Origin: Candidatus Thorarchaeota archaeon SMTZ1-45
Lineage (GTDB): Archaea > Asgardarchaeota > Thorarchaeia > Thorarchaeales > Thorarchaeaceae
Direction of reading: 5' to 3'
Assembly: GCA_001563335.1 (NCBI GenBank)
Contig: LRSL01000034.1
Coordinates: 1-22,632 of the forward strand
Length of the DNA: 22,632 nucleotides
Shown here one piece after another: positions 15,589 through 22,632 of this stretch. The number at the start of each line of letters is the position of its first letter. Position 1 is the first letter of the stretch. The notes beneath the pieces were generated by a model that saw only the letters and a list, made by a program, of their open reading frames with translations, was not told the origin of the DNA and searched no databases. Position numbers and translations under genes: made by a program.

Positions 15589-15960
15589 CTATTCAGCCTT
15601 TTGATAACGCGCAATAGCCTCCTCAACAAGAGCATCAACGACCGAGATGATCTCCTCAATCTCTTTTCTACTTGCATTGTCATAGTGAATACCTACAGTG
15701 ACAATGGTGGGAACCTCAAGAGCCTTGCAAATCTTCTCTGCCGCCGAGTTTGCCACGATATAGTCCTTATGTCCAGGCAAGGTGATTGTACTAACGCTAA
15801 TAGTCGTTGCATCTCTGTAATGGCTCTCTGTAGGATATGCAGTAGCTACACCACCAATATGGTGTTCATCGCCTCCATATATGGTAACTAGAAGGTCTTC
15901 CCCAATCTCCTTTGTATCAAGGTAGATAATATGTCGACCAGCTTTTTTCTCGAGAATCAT
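15589..15960 (-). CDS. LpdD-like / proteasome-assembly-chaperone-like small protein
   Basis: GEDLLVTIYGGDEHHIGGVA, LPGHKD, VGIHYDNAS motifs, recalled as the LpdD-like family. Confidence 0.65.
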   Translation of the reverse strand: MILEKKAGRHIIYLDTKEIGEDLLVTIYGGDEHHIGGVATAYPTESHYRDATTISVSTITLPGHKDYIVANSAAEKICKALEVPTIVTVGIHYDNASRKEIEEIISVVDALVEEAIARYQKAE

Positions 15961-16016
15961 TAATCCTAAGATGGTTCAACTTGCCTCTAACACTTTCGGT
16001 AGGTTAGGATATGCTT

Positions 16017-17582
16017 CTAATCGCCATCCTGTTTCTGATACTCTTGATACATTCTATAGGAGAGAGTCAAAGTCTTTGGATGAGCAGCTCTATACTCATC
16101 TAAAAGACCGACCGCTGTAGAGTGTGGAGCACGCTTCACTCTTTCAGGATCTTCATGAGCCTCTTCTGAGATTTTCTCAAGCGCTGAGATGAAATAATCT
16201 AGCTCTTGTCGAGACTCTGTTTCAGTAGGTTCAATCATCAGTGCTTCAGGAACAATGAGAGGAAAGTAGACAGTTGGAGCATGTACACCAAAATCAAGAA
16301 GACGCTTAGCTATGTTCATCGCTGTGACCTCAGTCCTTTCCTTCAGCTCCTCTGCAGAGATGACACATTCATGCATTCTGGGGGCATCTTGTGAATATGG
16401 TAGAGTGAATCCGGGTATCTTACGCACATGATGAGCTATGTAGTTAGCATTTAGTACTGCTACCTCAGATGCTCGTTCGAGACCTTCAGCACCAAGTGCA
16501 TATATATACGAATAGGCTCGAATTAACACTCCGAAGTTGCCGTAGAAGCTCTTTACCTTTCCAATAGATCGTGGATAGTCATAGTCCAAGTCAAAACTAC
16601 CATCGTCTTTCTTTATCACACGTGGGACAGGAAGGAACTCCTTTAGCTTCTCAGTAACACCAACAGGTCCAGCTCCTGGTCCGCCTCCACCATGAGGTGT
16701 AGAGAATGATTTGTGAAGGTTCAGGTGAACAACGTCAAAGCCCATGTCACCAGGTCGCACTTTGCCCATTATGGCATTGAAGTTTGCACCATCATAATAG
16801 ACCAATCCCCCAGCGTCATGCACAATGTCAGTGATTTCTCCTATGTCTTTCTCAAATACACCTATTGTGTTAGGATTAGTGAGCATAAGACCAGCAGTTC
16901 TTGAACCAGCAGCCTCCTTTATGGCGTCTAAATCCACGAGACCTTCCTTACTTGAGGGGATTACAACCACCTTATACCCAGCCATAGCTGCTGATGCTGG
17001 GTTGGTCCCATGTGCAGCATCTGGAATAAGCATCTCAGTCCTCAACTCACATTCCTCAGTGAAACAACGGTGATACTCTCGCATCATCATGACTCCAGTC
17101 CATTCACCCTGAGCTCCTGCGGCTGGTTGAAGTGTGACTGCGTCCATCCCCGTTATCTCACCAAGCCACCTTTCCAGCTCCCACATCATTTCAAGGGCAC
17201 CTTGGGTCATGGATGAGTCTTGTAGAGGGTGTAACCATGCAAATCCGGGAGTACTGGCAGCCCAATTGTTCTCAGCGGGGTTGTACTTCATTGTACAACT
17301 GCCAAGTGGATAGGTTCCGAGATTCACTGCAAAGTTCATCTGGGAGAGTCGTGTGAAATGACGGGCGATTCCTGGTTCTGACACTTCAGGTATTCTTGGT
17401 GGGTCTTTTCGAGTCATCGTACTGGGGATGATATCTTCAAGTTTTCCAGCCACATGTATTAAATCAGGTTCTGCTGCAGGGAAGACATGTCCTACAACTC
17501 CAGGAATGGATCTCTCAAAGATTAGAGGTTCATCCCATTTTGCCTGACTTACCTTGTTGTCATCTAGGTGATGCTGCTTCAT
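16017..17582 (-). CDS. gcvPB: Glycine dehydrogenase (decarboxylating) subunit 2
   Basis: YPLGSCTMKYNP, QPAAGAQGE, AHGTNPASA, PLP-lysine NLHKSFSTPHGGGGPG. Confidence 0.96.
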   Translation of the reverse strand: MKQHHLDDNKVSQAKWDEPLIFERSIPGVVGHVFPAAEPDLIHVAGKLEDIIPSTMTRKDPPRIPEVSEPGIARHFTRLSQMNFAVNLGTYPLGSCTMKYNPAENNWAASTPGFAWLHPLQDSSMTQGALEMMWELERWLGEITGMDAVTLQPAAGAQGEWTGVMMMREYHRCFTEECELRTEMLIPDAAHGTNPASAAMAGYKVVVIPSSKEGLVDLDAIKEAAGSRTAGLMLTNPNTIGVFEKDIGEITDIVHDAGGLVYYDGANFNAIMGKVRPGDMGFDVVHLNLHKSFSTPHGGGGPGAGPVGVTEKLKEFLPVPRVIKKDDGSFDLDYDYPRSIGKVKSFYGNFGVLIRAYSYIYALGAEGLERASEVAVLNANYIAHHVRKIPGFTLPYSQDAPRMHECVISAEELKERTEVTAMNIAKRLLDFGVHAPTVYFPLIVPEALMIEPTETESRQELDYFISALEKISEEAHEDPERVKRAPHSTAVGLLDEYRAAHPKTLTLSYRMYQEYQKQDGD

Positions 17583-18985
17583 GATTTGGCACCTCCCTGT
17601 GACATGATGTCCTTCACTGCTTGTATAAGCTCGTCAATGGTTTCTTTACTGTGAATTTCAGTCACACAGAACAACATTGATTCTCCAAGAGCAGGATACT
17701 CATCTGTGAGGATTTTCCCACCATGGAATCCTCTCGCGAGAAGACCTTCATGTACGTCTTTAGCAGAAACGTTCTTTTGAAATTGTACAACGAACTCCTT
17801 CCAAATTGACTCCCCAATGGCAGGTGCTTTTACGCCAGGGATCTTGTCAAGCATTTTTGCTGTATAGTTAGCATTGTATGCGATGGTTTCTCCAACTTGT
17901 TTCAAGCCAGCGGGTCCGAGAAGTGACAGGTAGATTGCTGCTGTAACTGCAGCAAGTGCCTGATTTGAACAAATATTACTGGTAGCTTTCTCTCGTCTAA
18001 TATGCTGCTCCCTTGGACTTAGTGTTAATACGTATCCATCTTCATAGGGCTCTTTTTCCGTTTTGGTCATTCCAACTAAGCGTCCAGGCATCTGATAGAT
18101 GAGTTTACGGTCATTTATGCAGCCAAAAATACCTAGCAACGGTCCACCAAACGACATTGGAGAGCCAAGATGCTGACCTTCAGCGATTACAATATCTGCT
18201 CCATAATTACCAGGAGGGCGAATGAGTCCCAAAGAGAGAACATCAACACCAGTCACTAGTAGCGCATCATAGTCGTGCACTATCTTGCTCACCTCATCCA
18301 CCTGACTCTCAATAAATCCTAGATAACTAGGATTTTCAATATAGACGCCTGCTACTTTCTCATTCATCTTAGACTCTAAATCTGAGAGCAACATCAACCC
18401 AGTCTTTTCATCATACTCGATTCTATCTAGCTGAATATCAGCAGGTTCTGTGTAGGTGTAGAGGACTTGATAGTGTTCAGGATTCATTGTTCCTGGGACA
18501 AGAAACTTAGACCGCTGCTTCTTGACACGAGCCGTCATTCTAGCGGCTTCAGCAACAGCAGTGGCCATATCATACATCGAGGAATTCACAACATCAATCT
18601 CTAGAATCTCAGCTAGAAGACTTTGATACTCAAATAAGGTCTGAAGCATACCTTGACTGACTTCAGCTTGATAGCTTGTATATGATGTGAGAAACTCAGC
18701 TCTAGTAGCAAGTGCAGGAACAATAGCTGGGACATAATGCATGCCTATTCCAGACCCAAGAAAGACTCGACCGTTGTCAGCTGGTTTATTCTTACCTGCA
18801 AGCTCTTGTATTCTTCTAGTGACTTCCATCTCACTGTGAGAACGAGGGAGATTCAAATCACGAGGTAGCTTGAACTTCTCGGGTATGTTTGAGAACAGAT
18901 CATCAAGACTTTTCTTACCAATTGACTCTAGCATGTCTTTCTCGGTGGCTTTTGTCATTGGTATCCAGGGATGCTTGTATTCCAT
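17579..18985 (-). CDS. gcvPA: Glycine dehydrogenase (decarboxylating) subunit 1
   Basis: YTSYQAEVSQGMLQ, FGGP, REQHIRREKATSNICSNQAL. Confidence 0.96.
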   Translation of the reverse strand: MEYKHPWIPMTKATEKDMLESIGKKSLDDLFSNIPEKFKLPRDLNLPRSHSEMEVTRRIQELAGKNKPADNGRVFLGSGIGMHYVPAIVPALATRAEFLTSYTSYQAEVSQGMLQTLFEYQSLLAEILEIDVVNSSMYDMATAVAEAARMTARVKKQRSKFLVPGTMNPEHYQVLYTYTEPADIQLDRIEYDEKTGLMLLSDLESKMNEKVAGVYIENPSYLGFIESQVDEVSKIVHDYDALLVTGVDVLSLGLIRPPGNYGADIVIAEGQHLGSPMSFGGPLLGIFGCINDRKLIYQMPGRLVGMTKTEKEPYEDGYVLTLSPREQHIRREKATSNICSNQALAAVTAAIYLSLLGPAGLKQVGETIAYNANYTAKMLDKIPGVKAPAIGESIWKEFVVQFQKNVSAKDVHEGLLARGFHGGKILTDEYPALGESMLFCVTEIHSKETIDELIQAVKDIMSQGGAKS

Positions 18986-19127
18986 TGGAGAATCCTCTAA
19001 ACAACTGGATGCATGAGGCGCAGCTAGTCACCCAAATAGCCTTTCGGGTTGAACACTTTGAGTACAGTTGCTAGAATGATTTTTAACGGCAACTGATTAT
19101 TCGACGCCAGCCACAGATGTGATATGA

Positions 19128-19442
19128 ATGAAACGCTGGTTGATGGACATACTCGCCTGTCCTGTAAGCGACTGTAGAAGTGAACTAGATTTAGAAGTCT
19201 TCACCTCACATGATCTAGAGTCTGAAGGTGAGAATATCGAAGAAATCGACGAAGCGTTAATAACATGTCCAAAATGCGGTAGATGGTATCCTGTCATTGA
19301 TGGGATTGCTTGTATGCTTCCCGACAATCTCAGAATGGATGGTAAACAAAGGATTGAAGAAACAGCGTTTCTTGAGAGATGGAAAGAACGAATATCTTCT
19401 GAAATCATTGAAAATGGAATTCCTTTCAGTTTGAAATCCTAG
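19128..19442 (+). CDS. trm112: Trm112 family methyltransferase activator
   Basis: LMDILACP...C and CPKCGRWYPVIDGIACML. Confidence 0.88.
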   Translation: MKRWLMDILACPVSDCRSELDLEVFTSHDLESEGENIEEIDEALITCPKCGRWYPVIDGIACMLPDNLRMDGKQRIEETAFLERWKERISSEIIENGIPFSLKS

Positions 19443-19466
19443 ATCTGGTTTTTCGGGTTCACCAAT

Positions 19467-19502
19467 AGCCCCGTGGTGTAGCGGTCCAGCATAGCGGGAC
19501 TT
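19467..19502 (+). pseudogene. tRNA-Gln-like 5' half (att-like remnant or split tRNA half)
   Basis: AGCCCCG-TG-GTGTAGCGGTCCAGCAT-AG-CGGGA-CTT: acceptor 5' strand, D arm and anticodon 5' strand; stops in the anticodon loop; no 3' half seen in the window. Confidence 0.8.
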
Positions 19503-19504
19503 CC

Positions 19505-20266
19505 TTATCCTTCTAGTATCCGAATCCAATCCTTGTACACTGTTTTTAATCGAGATATGTCATCATTTGAAAGCGGATTGCAGTGCATTATGGTGTTACG
19601 TAATCGTTCAATAATCTCACCTAGATACAGTTCAATCCAATTTGCATTAGGAATGACTGTTCCCTGAAAATATTGCCAATTGTGTTCCATGATTCGTCTT
19701 AAATCTGACATATCGGTATAGAAAATTGGGTGCGCACCTCTACGACCATGCCATTTGTTTTTTTCGTCATCACTCATACGCTTAATGATTGTTTTAGTTA
19801 CCTTACTTGAAATGTTGGCTAAGTTCCACCAATTTTCACCAAATACATCTGACAGAATCTTTGAGATGAAGTGTCTTATTGAATTCTCTAAGACATAGAA
19901 ATATGGATAAACTTGAGCCATCTTGAGAGCGTCATTCGCAACATTTGAAGGCAGATTAGCTTTGGGGATATCCTTCTCAGAAAAAGAAATGGCCACCTCT
20001 TTTTTCCTACGTTTTTGATTTCGTGGTGTTTCTTTCATTGTTTCAAACGTTCGTTTCTTCTGGGTAATAATTAGACGAATGCGTTCAACATCCTCAAAGC
20101 TTAGATACTTGTAAAGATCCTCACCTTGCTGTGCTGCAAGAATATAGGCTGCATCTTCAGTGGAAATCATATTGTCGAATTCTTTCCTCTTTCGAGCTAT
20201 TCTTTGATAGACTGATTGTCTGCTCCTATTTCCTTGTAGTCTTGTGAAAATCTCTTTATTGATCAA
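19505..20266 (-). CDS. Swt1-like HEPN domain protein (putative RNase)
   Basis: YVLENSIRHFI helix, GENWW, RNTIMH (RX4H) motif; about 100-aa N-terminal domain not recognised. Confidence 0.85.
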   Translation of the reverse strand: MINKEIFTRLQGNRSRQSVYQRIARKRKEFDNMISTEDAAYILAAQQGEDLYKYLSFEDVERIRLIITQKKRTFETMKETPRNQKRRKKEVAISFSEKDIPKANLPSNVANDALKMAQVYPYFYVLENSIRHFISKILSDVFGENWWNLANISSKVTKTIIKRMSDDEKNKWHGRRGAHPIFYTDMSDLRRIMEHNWQYFQGTVIPNANWIELYLGEIIERLRNTIMHCNPLSNDDISRLKTVYKDWIRILEG

Positions 20267-20282
20267 GCATCTAGCAGCTCCA

Positions 20283-20552
20283 CTAATGTTTTGTCTTTCC
20301 TTCAGCTCTACTCTTCGCTTTCGTTACTGTTCCAAGATGTACTCCTAGAATCATTGAAACATCCTTTGGTTTGAGCCCCAAATTCAATAGTGTTAATGAT
20401 TTATCCTTCACTTTTTCCATACCACTTATTGCTACGTGAGCTAATAGGCGATTTGTGAGATCAATTCTTTCACTAGCTTGGTTAATTGCAGCAATAACTT
20501 CTTTCATCATCTCATTCTGTTTTGCAATCTCTTTCAGCCAATCTTCAGCCAT
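20283..20552 (-). CDS. Small coiled-coil plus HTH protein
   Basis: LGLKPKDVSMILGVHLGTV HTH pattern; N-terminal amphipathic helix. Confidence 0.75.
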   Translation of the reverse strand: MAEDWLKEIAKQNEMMKEVIAAINQASERIDLTNRLLAHVAISGMEKVKDKSLTLLNLGLKPKDVSMILGVHLGTVTKAKSRAEGKTKH

Positions 20553-20870
20553 TTATAATCCCTCTAATGCAGGCGATATTGTTACTATTACCTCTTTACC
20601 AATTCTTTGACCTACTATTAATCCCTGGAATCGGAGTTCAGCTATGCGTCGTTTTACAGTCATTTCAGAAACATTAGTTGCTTGAGCAACTGCTGATACA
20701 ACTTCACCATAGGTTTTACCTTTGGCATGTGAAACAATCTCTCTAGTAACTAAATCAGTATCAGCTAATTCTTTTGTTTTCAATAATGTTTCATAATATA
20801 CTAACCTTAGAATATTGATGATTATGTCTAGCTTGTTTGAAATATCGTCCAGTACTTGTTTTTCAGTCAC
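20553..20870 (-). CDS. Small coiled-coil plus winged-HTH protein
   Basis: TYGEVVSAVAQATNVSEMTVKRRIAELRFQGLI plus wing hairpin. Confidence 0.8.
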   Translation of the reverse strand: MTEKQVLDDISNKLDIIINILRLVYYETLLKTKELADTDLVTREIVSHAKGKTYGEVVSAVAQATNVSEMTVKRRIAELRFQGLIVGQRIGKEVIVTISPALEGL

Positions 20871-21177
20871 TTGAAATCCACTCCTGAGGAATATAATCGA
20901 TTTTTCTTCGAGGATAGCCTCTTCTTTTGGTGTCTATGAGATTGTGTCCTGATAGCTGTTTTAGAAATCGTTGAACAGATCTCTGAGTGATTTTTAATTT
21001 GTCCGCTATTTCCGCTGTAGTCTTGGCCCCGTCGAGTAGTATCCAAATCTGTTTTCTTTCGGTTGTTGAAGCAACCTCACTCAAGTATATCTTGAATCGA
21101 TCTTCAACCATGAATTCAAGTGTTCTACGTATTCTGACTAATTCGTCAAGAATCGCATCTATCTTGTTTTCAGACAT
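20863..21177 (-). CDS. Small coiled-coil plus winged-HTH protein
   Basis: KTTAEIADKLKITQRSVQRFLKQLSGHNLI. Confidence 0.82.
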   Translation of the reverse strand: MSENKIDAILDELVRIRRTLEFMVEDRFKIYLSEVASTTERKQIWILLDGAKTTAEIADKLKITQRSVQRFLKQLSGHNLIDTKRRGYPRRKIDYIPQEWISSD

Positions 21178-21334
21178 AAGTACTCACTTGTGGTTATTAT
21201 TAGGAACATATGCGACATTATTATTTATAAAGGCGACGCCATTTAAGTGTTACTAATTAGTTTTGATTTGAGAGAAATAAACGTCTTGATTGAGAATGGA
21301 TGAGACCAAAACCCGCTAAGACCTGATTCTTCAT

Positions 21335-22632
21335 TCAGGAGTGAGTGAACTCCGAAAGAAACTTCTGTGTTTCACCCTGCTCACGACTACTGTCACCAGT
21401 TTCCAGATGACCGGAATCATCTGAAACGACGTGTGCTTTGTCCAAGATCATAGGAAAATCGTTCCTCCCTTTGCAACTGGTTTCTGTCCGCTGCGTACTT
21501 CCAAGACTACCAGTCATCTCGGACACAGACGGTTCTTCCACAGTACTTGCCACGGCTGGGTCTTCAGTGTTCACACACATCTCAAGAGATGTCTGTTTAT
21601 AACACTCAGCCACGGACTCTCCCACTAAGGTTGGCATCCTCTGAGAGAGTGAGGACTTCCTCTTAGAGCGTTTGCCCCTTGAGGTCTTCGGGATGGTCTT
21701 CTCACTAGGGAGAAGCCAAACTCCTAGTCCAGTCTTCTCATCTCTAAGTGAAGGGATGAGCTTGATAACACGCCGACCGATGTTTATGGCTCCATTCAGG
21801 TCAGCGTTAGCACGGAACCCACAGGTTCCACAGACGAAGAGGTTCTGTTTTGGTCGGTACCCTTTACTTCCACACTTATGACATTTTATTGAAGTCCATG
21901 CTTCATTTACTGCAAAGAACTTCGTGGAATCAAAGCCGAGGATTGAAAGCTTGTGTTGAAGGTAATCTCTCACCCTCGCAAATGACCAGCGATGAACCAT
22001 TCCTCGAAACTTTCGACCTCTAAAGTTCTCCTTTCTTGCGGTTCCCCGGATGCCCTTAAGTTGACCGATAACAATGTGGAGGTCATACTTCTCAATTAAA
22101 TCGAAGATATGTTCCGCAACATCCTTAGCGAGTTTTCGGTCATATTCTTGGCTAAGCCTTGCGCGTTTCTTACCAAGTTCTCTCAGTCGTTTTGTGACTT
22201 GGGTTGAGTCCTTACTCTGGGCAAGCAGTAACTCCTTCTTTTGTTGAAGAGAAGCTATGATGCTGTCGTAGTGTTCCATTCGTTTCAATTTGTCCTGTTG
22301 CTTCCAATAGCGAACATGCTTGTATCCCTGTTTGGTCAATAAGACAGTACACGCAGCCTTCTCAATTCCCAGATCTATTCCCATAGCCGCTGGTGGTAGA
22401 CTCGATGTGTCAACTGATTCAGTATCAATTGTCACTGTGAATATTGCCCACCACTTTCTTTGTCTATCCTTGAAGAGTCTGACTGTCTTCAGCTTTCCTT
22501 CGTTCAATCTCTTGAGATGATATGATGAGGGAGAGAGAGGTATCAGTAGTCGGTCATGGTTGAACCTCCTTTCTCTGGTTGAGTCAACCGAATAACGAAG
22601 GTTCAACCAGTGTTTGATTTCCTTCACAGGAG
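21335..22632 (-). CDS. tnpB: TnpB family RNA-guided endonuclease (IS200/IS605-IS607), 5'-truncated by window edge
   Basis: RuvC-I MGIDLG, zinc ribbon CHKC...CGTC, RuvC-III NADLNGAINI; frame open to the window end. Confidence 0.92.
   Translation of the reverse strand, partial: PVKEIKHWLNLRYSVDSTRERRFNHDRLLIPLSPSSYHLKRLNEGKLKTVRLFKDRQRKWWAIFTVTIDTESVDTSSLPPAAMGIDLGIEKAACTVLLTKQGYKHVRYWKQQDKLKRMEHYDSIIASLQQKKELLLAQSKDSTQVTKRLRELGKKRARLSQEYDRKLAKDVAEHIFDLIEKYDLHIVIGQLKGIRGTARKENFRGRKFRGMVHRWSFARVRDYLQHKLSILGFDSTKFFAVNEAWTSIKCHKCGSKGYRPKQNLFVCGTCGFRANADLNGAINIGRRVIKLIPSLRDEKTGLGVWLLPSEKTIPKTSRGKRSKRKSSLSQRMPTLVGESVAECYKQTSLEMCVNTEDPAVASTVEEPSVSEMTGSLGSTQRTETSCKGRNDFPMILDKAHVVSDDSGHLETGDSSREQGETQKFLSEFTHS

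Larger units (their letters stand above)
19467..22632. mobile_element. Probable integrated island starting at the tRNA half and running off the window
   Basis: tRNA fragment at the boundary, visibly AT-richer DNA in 19505-21290, HEPN/HTH cargo and TnpB; no integrase in view. Confidence 0.6.

Noticed and set aside
16017-18985. gcvPA/gcvPB without adjacent gcvH/gcvT
   Set aside because: Dispersed glycine cleavage genes are common in archaea; cannot be judged from one window
19467-19504. tRNA-Gly(UCC) from the CTTCC ending
   Set aside because: The 5' sequence AGCCCCG matches archaeal tRNA-Gln; the CC probably belongs to the flanking DNA and no 3' anticodon strand follows
21306-21323. Minus-strand GGTCTTAGCGGGTTTTGG as a second tRNA-Gln att copy
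   Set aside because: Only about 7 nt of exact match and inverted orientation; consistent with chance

Overview
Archaeal chromosomal window; an Asgard (Thorarchaeia-like) origin is my impression from gene style and is not verified. Left: the conserved ftsZ-secE-spt5-rpl11-rpl1-rpl10-rpl12 cluster, with a zinc-finger/poly-Lys insertion in Spt5 and a highly structured rpl11 leader. Then HDAC, DinB, an HTH/membrane-protein pair, a pilin-like gene, tRNA-Arg(UCU) with a D-loop intron, a radical SAM-HhH gene, thiL, tRNA-Thr(CGU) and tRNA-Leu(GAG). The most striking signal: three progressively decayed copies (1, 2, 3 mismatches in 22 nt) of the tRNA-Leu 3' end follow the tRNA, each delimiting exactly one antisense gene (GNAT, YkgJ-like, thioesterase). 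This resembles a polarised tRNA-anchored gene-cassette array with no integrase in view. Next is a ~270-nt ORF-poor, multi-hairpin ncRNA candidate with its own TATA box. Housekeeping genes follow (Gfo/Idh/MocA, tRNA methylthiotransferase, SAMP, LpdD-like, gcvPB/gcvPA, Trm112). Right end: an orphan tRNA-Gln-like 5' half borders an AT-rich island holding a coupled operon of three small HTH proteins plus a Swt1-like HEPN RNase, and a 5'-truncated TnpB with the rearranged (Fanzor-type) RuvC catalytic site.
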